Shown here piece by piece: positions 34,143 through 48,107 of a stretch of 64,000 nt of DNA. Every line of letters starts with the position of its first letter. Position 1 is the stretch's first letter. The position numbers and the translations under genes are program-made. Origin of the DNA: Adineta vaga (lineage: Eukaryota; Animalia; Rotifera); the NCBI GenBank assembly GCA_021613535.1, contig CP075496.1, positions 6,138,001 through 6,202,000 of the forward strand. The letters run 5' to 3'. The notes below the pieces were generated by a model. The model was not told where the DNA came from and ran no database searches. It saw only the letters and a program-made list of their open reading frames with translations.

Positions 34143-35168
34143 GAGATGATGAAGATGAGGATCATCTCTCTCGTTAACTTAAAATTTACCGACACGAACA
34201 CATAAAAAAAATATGAACAAAAGGCAAAATGACAATGATGATGATGATGATGATGAAGGAGACGAAGGAGAAGAAGAAAAATCTGATTGCAATGACGATA
34301 AGAACAACAAGGACAAGCTCATGTCACATCTCATAAGAGATTAGAAGACGTCCATGTTTCTTTTGGCTCTCGTTTTTCTTTTGTCGACAACAACGAACAA
34401 ATTTGTGAACGTCCGGAATAAGAAAATAGAACACGAAGAATAAGAAAAAAATTTCGAAGACATGAGAAAAAAACAGAAGTATTTGCTATTCAACGATCCT
34501 TTCTTCGCTCTTATCGCTTATTTTCCCGGAGATTGTATGAGTACGAGCAAACGAATCATAATAGAATCTGTTCAGACTAGAAACAACTTAAAATCAATAG
34601 ACAATACAACCCGATAATAAACCACAAGTTGTTGATGACGAGAGAGAGAAAGCACTGAATAACAACGAGGCAATTTCTCATACTCGAATCGTCGACGTAA
34701 TTGACAAACACTCCAATTGAACATCATGCATTTTGATTAGTCCAATGAAAAGATTGCCTTATATTTTATCAAATGTCAAAAACAAAACTTAGAAAATTTC
34801 GCAGATTTCTTTTTCTCTCTAAACTAACAGCATTATTCTACTTCCATTGATAATAAATATGACATACCAAAAAAAAGTAGAAAAATCTATTATTATTCTA
34901 TTTGCAATAATCTATTGTTAATCATGTGATATGACTTTTTGTTTAAGCAAACGATTTTATTTTTATTTAGAAAAAATCAATTTCAAAACTTGTGCACCAG
35001 ACACTCCGAAACCTTCGATAATTGTTCTATTTCTTGGCGTAAGAAAAACAAAATATGACATATAGAAGAGCAGATTTGTTCTAGATGAGTAAAATATGTA
35101 TATACAACAACATCATCAAGAAAAAGAGAAAAAAAGAAAAGAAAAGAAAAGAAAAACGCAAGACATCA

Positions 35169-38044
35169 TTATCGTTGTTGATATTCTGATAATGATGATG
35201 ATTTGACTGGTCGAGGTAAAACAAATTTACTATAAGATGATACGTATTTTGTATAACGTTGTGGTGGTTCATTTCGAATATCTAATGGTTTAATGATGCC
35301 AGTTCGATAATAATCTTCATGAGTCGGAGAATATACATGATGACTGGTATTTGTTCCATTGATTAAAGAACTTAAACCGAGTTCTTCGGATGCATTCATA
35401 CTCATTGAAAATCGTTCTTCATATTCTTCATCAATTTTTGTTGGTACAGGTGGTAGTGTTTGATAATGACGAAGGAAACTATTTAATCCATCTTCATCAT
35501 CTTCATCTGTTGCAATAGATGATTCTCTTGTTAATATTCCTTGAGGATTTGTTCGTCGTATTGGTGCAGGAGGAGGAGGAGGAGGAGAAGGATGTTGAGA
35601 TGATGATACTGATTTTGTTTCTATTATTGGTGATTGATTAATCCGAATAGTAGTTGCTGGAGGAGATGATGATGGTTTATTTGTTTGTTCGATTGAAGAG
35701 GATGATGTTGGAATGATACCTTTAGTTTCATTTGACACGATATTTGTTTCTTGTTTAGATGGTAGAAGTGGTTTTTCTACTGATATTTTTTCGGGTAATT
35801 TCTTTGAAATTTGTCTCGTTGTTGTCGATTATTTCGTGCTAGAAACCAAGATACTAATGCAATTAATATTAAACAAAATCCAATTAAAGCAAGTATAAAA
35901 CCAGCTAAAAATCGAGATTTAAATAAAAGAATAACAGCTAGAAAGAAAGAAAGAAAAAATCCAGATATTTCAAACTTTAATAAAGTTATCTTACAATCTT
36001 GTTTTTTTATGATGTCATCGTGATTTGTTTCACATTGTTCACCGAAATACTGACTGTCACATCTAATTGAAAATTCTTGAATATCATAACAAAGACAAAG
36101 TCATTTCTACGTACAAACATCTCAATTGATTATTGATACTTATACATTGACCTCGATTATGACAATCTTTCAAACTAGAACATGTCAAATTTTTATTCAA
36201 TTGATTATGTTGTTGTTGTTGATGGTCAATATCTAGGTAAACAGTGGTACTTGTACGATTCATTGGATTTTCTGCGTCTAAAAATGAATTTTTGTTAAGA
36301 ATCTATTGAGAAGAATAAAAATAATCGTTGAAATCTTACGACACACATAGGTTCCAATATCATCAAGTGTTAACGATTGAAAAAAGAGAGTTGATTGATA
36401 TCTATATTTAAACAAACAAGAAAAAAACCCGAATGGAATAGATCTGATAAGAAATGAGAATATAAACAATTCTGATTTACTTATATTGTATGGAATAAAT
36501 CCGACAAGAACTCTGACATTGTTTAGATAATGGATAATATTCAAATGTTTCACTGATATTCGTTTTTTTACTCCATAATAATCGTGGTAATGGATTACCG
36601 CGTGAATTACACTGAATTGAATAATCTTTTGATAATGTTGCTTTATCTAGACGAGTTTTGATCAGAACTTGCGGTGGATATGGGTCTAGAAACACAGAAG
36701 AAAAAAATCGTCAGACCAGACGATAACTGTCTAACTGTCTGTTATAGCTGCAATATTATGGATAATAATCATAGTAGTAGTAACAACATTTCTAGCACAG
36801 CTTATACGAAGAAGAAAAAAAAACGCCGAACGATAGTAGGAATCAGTGTCTTTTATATCCCCTCCTACTGAGAAAGCAAACGAGTCTGCAAAGTAACATG
36901 TTATATACTTCATCTAAACAATCAACATAGTCAATGTCAAATAAATAGTAGAGATTCGTCAAGGAAGAATGAGAATACAAGAGAAAATAGCAGCTCATCA
37001 TGAGTTTTGATAGAGAATGCACTATCGTTGTCTATATTCCTTGTAGTATTATGTATACATATATGTACATTTATCCTTTTACGGTAATCCTCTTCATTTC
37101 TACATGATCTTTCGATCGATATAGATGACAGATTGATTGAGTATATAAGTACATATTTAAACTATAATTTTGATAGATTGAACAAGTTGTCAATTATTTT
37201 GTTATATGTACCATTAAAATTTGATTCTATTACCTTCTCTCAATCGTCAGTTTTTTTTCTTCACGAGAAACGGAAATAGTCAGACATTGATATAAGAAGG
37301 CATTCTATATTTACGCGTCGACGATCAATCTCATCAAGAATTTCCGTTCGAGTTTTTTTTTATGTATACTGTAAGTGAGAAGGAATAAATGAACATTTGC
37401 TCAAACACCTGCATACGATCTAATCAATTTAATTTAGAATGCAAAAGAAAAATAGTCAACAAAGTTAAGAAGAAAGTTTTATTATGAATGTTTCTTAGTC
37501 CTTTTCTTTCTTCTCAAAAAAAAGATGACAAGACTTTCATAATGAATAGATACTTACCATGATTAAGAACGGCATCGATATTTTCTCGTACACGAAGTGT
37601 TGATTCAACTGGTGGGTAATGTAAATCGAATTCATTGTTATTCGTTTCATTAAGAAAAAGGATAACATCAACACTACCTAAACGAAGTAATTGCCAACAT
37701 GAACTATCGAGAATTTCATCGCCATCATCATCATCATTATCAAATATACGGATAATTATCATATCATTCATTTTGACTTGTTGTTGAAATGATAAAGAAT
37801 TCAGTGGACTTTTGATCACTTCACGTACGAGAACTTTTCGAATAATTAAATCACTTCGTTTATAATCTTGTCCGAATAAATCAACTGGTTGAACACGTAA
37901 AACAATTGAATGACTAAATGTAGCAGATTGTAAATATGGAGCACTTGAAAAATCACATTGATTGACAGCAATTGTTTGATGTAGGAAGATAATTTTGCTG
38001 ATCAGAATGATTAATTGGAAACAACTATTTGTAGTACTCGACAT
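35169..38044 (-). CDS. Neuregulin/vein-like EGF-family ligand precursor (signal peptide, N-terminal domain, Ig, EGF, TM, Pro/Ser-rich tail); apparent frameshift at about 35816
   Basis: Ig domain IQCNSRGNPLPRLLW...DDIGTYVCHAEN; EGF CSSLKDCHNRGQCISINNQLRCL|CDSQYFGEQCE; TM FLAGFILALIGFCLILIALVSWFL. Confidence 0.8.
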
Positions 38045-38304
38045 GCAACACTGAACTGCATTGAGATTATGTTTCAAGAGTCAGAAAAAGAAATGATTGA
38101 CAAAGTCGGAAGAGCAGAAAGTTTGTTATTTAAATAAACCTAGGTAGACAAACATATAGGTCGACGAAGAAAACTGTCTAGCGTCGTTATTAACACCGTC
38201 GTTATGTATGCTGCCCTTCAGATTCGGCTTTTTTCTTCTCTCTTGTTCATCTGATGATTTCTTTTTTATGCGAAACATGATAAAGAGAAGAAAGAAAAAG
38301 AAAA

Positions 38305-38350
38305 TAGCGAGACAGAGATAGAGATAGAGAAAGAGACAGAGACAGAGAGA
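38305..38350. repeat. GAGA(C/T)A hexamer-type simple repeat in the 5' region of the neuregulin-like gene
   Basis: gagacagagatagagatagagaaagagacagagacagagaga. Confidence 0.75.
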
Positions 38351-39306
38351 AAGAAATTATTAGTAATTGAACGTAGAAACAACAGAAAGAAATTGAGCAA
38401 TGAACAAAATATAGAACAGATCGTTTCCATACTTACTATAATGTTGGAATTGTCATCCGTTTTGTATGTTACCGATCGTTTGTTTCTCTTACGCTCAGAA
38501 TCTATTGTTTTATTTCTCTCTTGTTTCGCTCTAAGAAATCTAAACGATTGATAAGACTGAAGTAAGATCTCGTCTTGATGATGAGCAAAATAAGAAATAA
38601 GAAAAGAAGAAGACGATGAAGATGATGATGAATATTTCTGTGTGATCATGTCGGTCGACAACTAATAATGTCATTGAGCTTGTCGGAAGTTAGTAAGAAT
38701 CTGACATGTGAGTAGTTCGTCGATAAATCTATTCAAGCTTAAATCTTTTATCAAGGATAGAAGGAGCAAACAAGGACAAAATTATTTCACTAATTATTAA
38801 TCGTATTAAATATCTCACATATCAGTTCTCAATTGTGAATCAAGTTTCAAAAATTTTTATACCAACAAACTAATTAAACAATACATTCATAATTCATTGA
38901 ATTAGCTCATTTTTATATTGACAGACAGTTTATATGATCTAATCACAGATGGTTAAACTCAATCGGTATGTAACATTGTATGCTGTTTGTTTGTTCATTT
39001 GACTGTTCCGGACCGTATCGGATGATGAAAGATTGATTGTCGTACATATACAATCGCTTATTTTATTTTGCTCGAAGGTACTAATCGATGATTGATAATA
39101 TGTAAATAAAAGCAGAACAATGGAAACTTGCATTTAAAAAAAAGGAGGAAAAGAATAGATTACAAGATAAATAAAATAGAAATGTCATTCAGTTAGTTTT
39201 ATTCGTAAACATCAGTTATTCCCAATGCATTTTTTTAATTCACAGTGTATTTATAATAAGAAAAGAGTAATATGATGATAGGATACGTGACAAAAATTCA
39301 TATCTA

Positions 39307-42300
39307 TTAAAAGTCATCGGATGCTGCTGCCGTACTATGTGCTGAATGGTATACTTGATCTTAATATAAATAAGAAAATAAGAATGTATATTAGAGTTAT
39401 TCGACTTACCAAAAATAGATTGTTGTGAAGAAAAATGAGGATTAGAACGTCGTGCTGATTTAGGTCTTAAGGGCGAACCAATTGCTGTTCTTGGAGATGA
39501 TGAATTCGTGAATTCATTGTTGGAATGACCTTGATTGGATGGAAATAATGAAGAGTTTGATGATCGTGGATGAATAATTGATTGAGTCGAGATTTTAGTT
39601 GCTGTGCCTCGTTCAATTTCTGTTGAATGAAGAGAAAAACTATCGATAGGATGAGTTAACTTCGCACGTTGATTTAATGGTGATAATGAAGTAGTTGACG
39701 ATCGTGGATGTAATAAATCTTGATCATTCGTTTGTAGCCTAGTCAATTCATTGTGATTACGTGGTGATTTGATACGTTCATGTGATGATGACATTGGTGC
39801 AAGTGTCGATCGAGTATAATTTGATCGTTCTCTTGATGTTCTATCAAGTGAATCTTGACTGTTGAGTAGCGATGTGGAGAGATCATTGTTATTATTCTGT
39901 AACGGTTTAATATATGGACTAGAAGATAGTTTCGAATGAGTAATAGATCGAGAATAAGTTGGTAGCTCATCTTCAATTCGAGATGATGTTCTATGTTGAT
40001 TCAATGTTGACAATGAAGTAACTGATGATCGAGGAGAATGTATTGGATCTTCAGTTAATTTTGCTAATAGTTCTTGATTAGTGTTTGGCAGACGAGAAGA
40101 ACTTTTATTGTCTTGTGATAGTTTTGGACGTGAATTAGATGATGACGACAATCTAGGTGTTGTTTGAGAATAATTTGGTAGATCATCTGGAATTTTATTT
40201 GTTGGATTATAAGAGTTAATCAATGGAGTGGAACGGTCGTCATTAGAACGTGATAGCTTTACATTTTGACTCGAAGTTAATAATAAAGAAGTTGATGATC
40301 GAGGTTGAATCGTGGTTTGCGAGAGATTTCAGCGGGAGATTGCTGATCATTGATATTTCGTGATGCTGTCACACGTTGATTTATTGGTGACAATGGACTA
40401 ACTGATGAACGAGGATGCTGCGATGGTTCATCTGTTAATCTTGCTAATAGATCTTGTTCATCATTCAATGCATTCATTGAATTATTTACATTAGGTGATG
40501 ATTTTGCACGTGAAGATAATGGTGATGATAGAGGAAATTTATCTCTTGATGATTCTTCTTTCTGTTTCAATAACGAATTTTGACGAGCAGCAATTGAATG
40601 ACTATGTAATGAAGATGATTGTGAACGTGATGATCTTTCAATAGGTCCAACATCAGATGATAATAAACGTTTGGAATCTTTTTCTATATGATCATGTTTA
40701 GAATGTGGTATATCAAAATGACGACTCGATGGAATTGGTGGCTTCTTTTTCGTGTCGATATTTGTATCAGATGTCAATGACGAACGACGAATTGATTTTG
40801 GTGTTAAATAAACTTCAAGTTTACCATCTTCCTTGTCTTTAGCTAACCATCGATTTGCTTGAAATTCATAAATTTCATCGTCATTGTCTCGTACAGGTCG
40901 TTTCGTTTTATTGTTTATCACCGATCGATCCGAAAGTAACGATAAACGTGTTGATTGTTCAAGATCAAATGGATCAATTTCTTCAATTGATTTTATTTTC
41001 CAATGATTATCTCTATAATTATGTGATGATATCCAATAAATTTGATAATCATTAGGATGGAATTGTTCTTGAAAAGATTCCATCTTTTTATATTTTTGTT
41101 CATTTAGATTTTGTAATGATTTTGTTCGTTGTGAATCCATAGAATATAAATCATCTAGTGAACCAATACTTTGTTCATCCCATGTGACTTTTTTCTGTAA
41201 ACTAGCTCGATCATACATAGTTGGACTACGTAAAATACCTCGACTATTTCCTAATCGATCAGTCGATCCTTGATCAACATCATCTTTGACTCTTGAATTT
41301 TGTCGATCAACTGAATGACTTTTGCTTTCATGACGAGTCTTTTTTCTTTGTTCAGAAATTCGACGATCGATAGCTTTACTAATTTGTTCAAGACGTTGAA
41401 TATAAATATCTGATATAATATGGCATGTTGAATATTTTTTCTGAATAATTATCGAATCAAGAAACCATGCTGAATTCAGATTAGAATTATCATGCCAAAT
41501 TTTGATCCGATCTATTTCACCTATATCAATATCCATAATCTAAATGAAGGTTAGAATTTTGTCGAAGAATGTCTCTTCGTTTTTTCAAAATCTGACCATT
41601 ATTAATTACAATACCATATGCAGATAGAAGAGAATTCCTCGGGGGATGATAATCGATCCATCAGTGTAATTTTCAATGTCATCTTTACGATTAATGATAA
41701 GAATGTTTTTCTTTCAACGTATTTTTACGACAAAAATAGTAAAAGAAAACATTAATAAACAATTATCATATATCTAATTACTTTGTTATCAATTAGTATC
41801 TACTACTGATTCTTATGTTACAGAGCTTTAATATAAGAATGAAAGATATGTCAAACAAATCTTCTCAAGGTTGATCGTATGAAAAATGTCATTAACTGAA
41901 ATATGACTAACATACTGTTTCTAATCAAATATCTATAACTCGAGTTACGTAAAGAATGATAAATCGGATATTATCTCAATTGAAGAATAAAGATTGACGA
42001 GTAATTACTCTTCTTGCATTTATCTTATTGAAAAATCAATTCTTACGGTAAATTCCGATGATGTATTTCGTTCGAAATCGTTTTTTGATCGATTGTTAAG
42101 TTGATGAACAGCTGTTCGTCCACTTTTACCATAGATAATTAAAAAGACATTAGCATCTGTTCCGGCATTGGTTACTTTGCCAGTTTTAACAATTATTTGA
42201 TAACAAATTGGACCTGTAGAGAAAAAGAAATCGAAGAAGATAGTGTCAATACAAACAAAGAAATTACCTTTCAAATGTGGATCAACCAATGGATATACTT

Positions 42301-43847
42301 CTCGTTTAGCTTTTAATGCAGGTATTTTTTTGCCAAGCCAACTATTGATTGGAAAATAAACATGCGATTGATCGTTTTCATTCGCTGGTGACAGTTTCCA
42401 CATTGTTAATTCTTTGATATCCCAATCACTTGCAAGTTGACTTTTATCTGATTCAATACTTAAATCGAAAGAGAAAATCTTTGAAATGATTGAAAAATAC
42501 AGTAGATTTTACTTACGAAATTTCAAGTAAATCTCCAAGATGTTCACCAACAATTGCGAATGTATCTAATTGATTTTGTTCGAATAAATTAACTCGATCA
42601 TTTGATAATCGTAAACGATTTGATTTATTTTTTGATCCACGAATAGTAATATGAATATTAGCATCAGTACTAGCAAATGCTTTCTCACCAGTACGAACTT
42701 GAAGAATATAAATTGAATAGTTTTCTAAAGATTTACTTGTAAATGGTGAATCTGTGTGTCGAGGAAAAATACGCATATTCGTCTGATCAATATCTTGATT
42801 GTCTGCTTTTGGTAACCAACAATTAAATTCACATAACCATGAAGTACTCGTCTTTAAATTAGTTATTTCAATATCTTTAAGAAACCATTCTTTTTTCGAT
42901 CGAGATCCAACGAGCTAAATAGAAAACATTGCTCTATTAGAAACAATAATAGAAAACTCATTACATTAACATTCATATGATGTAATTGTCCAATATCTGG
43001 ACCCTTTAAACAAAATGTTCGACTTGAGCCACTCGGAAAACCATCGATCGATGCCGAAGAATTTGTATTCAAACGTTCTTGTAAATGAATCGATGACCAA
43101 TTCTTTTCCGTTCCATACATATATAAAAATACCTTTTGAAATACAAATACGAAGATTAGAATAAAATCAGGTTTTTCGAAAGAGAGAGAAAGAGTCCAAT
43201 TCACCTGAGCTCGTGTACCACTATTCTTTTCTGTACCAGTTCGTACAATAAATCGATAAGAAATTAAATCTGATGATGGATGCTGTCCTAGTCGATCTAA
43301 TGATGATGATGATAGTCTTGCTTTCGGATTCTTATATGGAATGAGCTTTCGTCTCTGAATAAAAGAAACGAAAATGATATTGAATGAATTAATCATAATT
43401 CGTACTTGAGATTCATCACGAGGTTGAGTTCGCTCATGTTGATGTGCATTAACAGAACATAAATAACAGAATGTATGATTGTAATCGTCATAAGAATCTA
43501 TATATCGATAATTATTTTTCTTCATAAAAAAATCGAACGAAAAAGTGTCAACCTGTGAGATGATTTCCAATGATATTTGAATCTATTGTTCTATTAGTAA
43601 AACATACACCAGTATTTGACCAGTTGGACTTGTTTTCTAAATTGATAAGTTGTTCAAAACCATGTCGACGAGCAATTATTTCTAATTCATTATCTCGTTG
43701 TAAATCTGTCGAATGAAAATGATCTTCGAATGGTAGTGTCCAAGGTATTTCACCCGCAATATACTTTAATTCCATCTTTGTAGATGTAAAAGATCTTCTG
43801 TTAATGTTTTGAATGCTTCTCGATGTAATGCCATTTGTTGATAGCAT
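39307..43847 (-). CDS. Protein with three PLAT/LH2 domains and a long Ser/Arg-rich repetitive tail; apparent frameshift at about 40323
   Basis: Three PLAT signatures: YRFIVRTGTEKNSGTRAQVFLYMYG; YILQVRTGEKAFASTDANIHITIRG...FEQNQLDTF; YQIIVKTGKVTNAGTDANVFLIIYG...FERN...DIGEIDRIKIWHDN...WFLD. Confidence 0.82.
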
Positions 43848-44527
43848 ACCTTAACGATGACTTCCTTGTGCCGTAGGTAACTAGGAAAGAAGAAAACACC
43901 TATCCAGTATATTCTCTTTCTTTTTTTCTTCTTAACAGACAACTCGTCGATAAAATAATAGAAGGAAATTCTATGAACGGAAAAGAGCAGAAAAGCGTTG
44001 TGTTAATTTCATTATGATTATTTGAAAGATAAAATTGAATGAATTCTATTGAGGATAGATTTATTTTGAAGTGAAAGATCCGGAAGATAATATCTCATCA
44101 GTTTTTAGTAAGAAAAAACTTCCTGTCGAAATATTAAAAAGATCTGCATGAAGAATTTCTTTATTTTATATAAAAATGAACTTGAATTTTTCTTAATTCT
44201 ATTCATATGACAGATATGATGGTATTAATACGAATGCCTTGGGAAAAATCAGATCAACAGTATGTACTCTTCTTTAAAACTAATATATAGACAGAATTTG
44301 ATTTTTTTACGGCGATAGTATACTGCCACTCCATATGATCATAACGTTAGTTTAAAAAATCAAATAGTTTATGGAGATCCACTATCATTTCTATATAATT
44401 AAGCATGATTAGAATTCGATGTATCATTCATTTTTATTTCAAAATGGTTGATACCAATGAAAACGAAAAAGTTGAAAATGAAAAAAAAAAACGATCCTAC
44501 AAAAACAAAACACAAACATTTTCTCTT

Positions 44528-46459
44528 CTAAGCTGCTCGTTTCCAGTATTTCTTTAATTCTTCTGGTTGTGGATCTGGATGTAAATTAGTAACGACACCA
44601 GTTCCAACAGTTTTATTATCCGCATCACGCAAAGTGAATCGAGCACCTTTTTCCAAAACCATTCTTTTGCTTAAATATAATGTCAATGATGCATCTTCAC
44701 CTGGCATAATCATTTCTCGACCTTCGGGTACGACACCTTTAGCACCAATATCATAAGTTCGACAATACATTGTCAAGGCAAATTCTTTTGGAATTGGTTC
44801 TTCACGACCACCTTCTTCTTTTGATAAGAAATAAGTCTAAATTAAAAGATAGGAACTATAACATCCCAATCAAATTAGATCATTCTATTTTACTTGACAA
44901 TCAAATTTATTGTGCATTTTTAATGAACCAGGTTTACCAATGAAGACACCTCGTCGAACATCTTCTTTTCGAATATTTTTTAGTAAAAGACCTAATTGAT
45001 CACCTGGTTGAGCTTGATCAATTGTTTGATGAAACATTTCCAAACCTTGAATATTATTATTTACAATTATTGCTTTTTTTCTAAAAACTATTAATACAAA
45101 ATTCTACCTCCAATAATTCCTTTACTAAGTTTATTATGGCCAACAAGTTCAATTGCATCACCTTTCTTTGCACTACCACGTTCAACACGACCAGTAACGA
45201 TTGTACCTTTGTCTAATAAACAATCAACATAGAAACTAAATAATAATATGTACGATTCGATCGTTACTTGGTATGGAATAAACATGTTCAACAGGTAATA
45301 AGAATGGTTGATCACTTGCTCGTGGTGGTACAGGTATATATGTATCGACTGCTTCCAGCAATTTCATTACTGTTTCTTTGCCTAACTTTGGTTCTCGATC
45401 CTAGAACAAAGCATTTTCAATTGTCATCCACATGAAAATCTTAGTAATCTACTTCAAGCGCAAACAAAGCTGAACCAGATATGATTGGTGTCTTTTCACC
45501 ATCGAAACCAATTTGTGTTAATAATTCTCGTAATTCTAGTTCGACCTATAACATACACAATTTTTAGAGTAATCAAAAAGAAAAACAATGGCGTACTAAT
45601 TCAAGCATCTCCTTATCAGCTGCATCGGCTTTGTTCATGAAAACGACAATTTTTTCAATACCAATCTAAACAATTGAAAAAGAATATTAAGATGACTTCT
45701 ATGAATTATATAGGATAGTACTTGTTTAGCAAGAAGAAGATGTTCACGTGTTTGTGGCATAACACCATCAGTTGCAGCAACTACTAAAATTGCACCATCC
45801 ATTTGTGATGAACCCGTAATCATATTCTAAAACAAGCAATGAATAGAATTTCTTCACAATAATTTATCTATACTTTGATATAATCAGCATGGCCGGGACA
45901 ATCTACATGACCATAATGACGATTAGCTGTTGAATATTCAATATGTGCAGCATTGATTGTAATACCACGTTTTTTTTCTTCGGGTGCATTATCAATATCT
46001 TCATATTTCTTTACTTTTGCTAATTTTTTTTCACTAAGAACTTTAAGTAAATATTAATAGAAAATTACGATAGTTGGTCTGTAATCTTACTTCGAGTAAT
46101 AGCAGCTGTTAATGTTGTTTTACCATGATCAACATGACCAATTGTTCCAATATTAATATGCGGTTTATCACGTTTAAATGTTTTTTTTTCGACAACAACT
46201 TGAGCGAGACATCGACGAAGATATGTATTGATTAGAGACATATCAGTGATTGGTTGCTAAAATATGAGATGGCATTTAATCGATTTTGAAAAAAAATTCC
46301 ATAGTTTTTTCTTATGAATTAAAGCAATGAAATCAGACAATGGGGAGTAGAGATTGACTTCGGAATAGATTTGTCCAGAAAAAAAGACTGTACCTGCATA
46401 AGATGTCTATATGTTGGTGTCATTTGTCGTGCACAAAACATGGTTCTTGTACCTAGCAT
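44528..46459 (-). CDS. TUFM: Mitochondrial elongation factor Tu
   Basis: Transit peptide; [25 protein letters not shown]; RGITIN; [15 protein letters not shown]; MPQTREH; NKAD; [11 protein letters not shown]; MIMPGED. Confidence 0.97.
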
Positions 46460-47697
46460 CTTCTCTATTTATTGGAATAAACAGATCTAAAAAATGCTAA
46501 ATATAATGTATCACTTGATATATATGATAAGTTCTTTTGATTAGAATTCGATTTGATATTGAATCTTAGTTTTATCCTCGAAGGTTTATTTATTTTTTCA
46601 TTGTTTACTCTGATTTTTATTGGTTACTTTCTACTAACCAATTGTTTATTCAACTACAAAAGTGTGTATGTATTCTGAGCGACATCATTCCATTATAGAA
46701 TAGATTCTCTTCAATTACATAGTCGTTACTTTACTATGTCGTTCAACATTACAATTATAATGACCGTCGTCAGAATCGAAAAGAATGCGAGTAAATGTGT
46801 TCTAACTGACTGAGAAAAATATAAGACATTTCTACTCTTTGACTTGATATTTATTGAATTATACAATAGTCTCGTATTACACATAGACATTATTTCATGG
46901 GTATAGATATATGATCATTTTACATTTCCTATATAATGCTGAATATAAAATTTACAATCAAGTCATTGTATAGTTTCCAGTGCATGGAAAGCATGCATGT
47001 ATAATGATCCAGAACTATGTCCATCATAGATTATTTCCATCAGTCGTTCTGATCAACTCATAGTCATATATACATCAATTGTATGGAACTATCATTGGAA
47101 TCAACTTGTGACTGGACCATATTTTGAATGCTTTCTTTAGAAAACACGATAGTTCAATAATAATTATTTTGTGTCATGTAAATGATTTGATAAACTACCT
47201 AAAACAAATTTTCTTTCGTATTGAAATTGGAGTAAAATGATTAATCATTTGGAGAGAAAACTCAATTTTCTTCCACTTAACTTCTAAGAATGAATTAACA
47301 TGTACACTTCTAATTTGTAAGCATGAAAATAAACATTTGTTTAACCTTTGGAAAAGAAAAGAAAAGAAATTTCTTTTTTCTTTATTTAAATAAAAATTTT
47401 GTTCACAGATAGACTGAATGTAAGGCAAACGATACTTTACAACAGACTTCAATAATAGATTGAAAAAAAACGTGAAGGACAATGAAGTATGTAATGATTT
47501 GACATAAGAGTAATAGAGAATGGTGTCTCTCTCTCCCTCTCTCTTTGTCTCGTCCAGTAACCAGAATTCTTCTCAATGAATCAATACCTGTCTTCATCCT
47601 TCCGAATGAGAATGATTTTACTAGGCTTTTAATCATTCAAGTTTATGATGGAGTTCAATAAGCGTATAAACTAATCTTTTTTCTAGTTAAAAAAGAA

Positions 47698-47830
47698 GCG
47701 AGCGAGAGAGAGAGAGAGGGAGAGAAAGAGAAATTCTTTGAAATAAAAGTACTTTGAAGAGAAAAAAGATGGAAAGAAAGAGAAAAAGGGAAGCATGGAA
47801 TGAAAAAAAAGGAGAATAAGAAAAAAAGAC
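47698..47830. repeat. GA/purine-rich simple repeat upstream of the LTD gene
   Basis: gcgagcgagagagagagagagggagagaaagag followed by a purine tract. A complementary CT tract lies at about 47525-47550. Confidence 0.7.
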
Positions 47831-48107
47831 GCGTCTGTCAGACTCCTTGGAAAATTATATACGTTCGTCTTATTAATAACTTTTACTCTGTACTATTATA
47901 CTTGCCTGTTCTTTGTTCGTCTTATATCGTACGCCGTTGACTTCGTCGCTTTTTTTGAATCAATAAAGATGCGGCAATCAAATTCAATGAGTGCGCAACG
48001 TTCAGCAACGCTTGACTAGTTTGTTATATCTACTCACTTTTCTCTCTTTCATTCATCATTCATATTGACAAGCAGACAAACAACAACTGAACAATCGTTA
48101 CAATAAA

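Noticed and set aside
44528-44580. TUFM C-terminal extension as a nematode-style EF-Tu for truncated tRNAs
   Set aside because: The extension is short and comparable to that of mammalian TUFM, so there is no support for specialisation.
46960-47145. Slightly GC-richer patch with a W...GPYF peptide faintly like a Tc1/mariner transposase
   Set aside because: Very short, interrupted by stops, no terminal repeats or DDE motif. Not supportable without a search.
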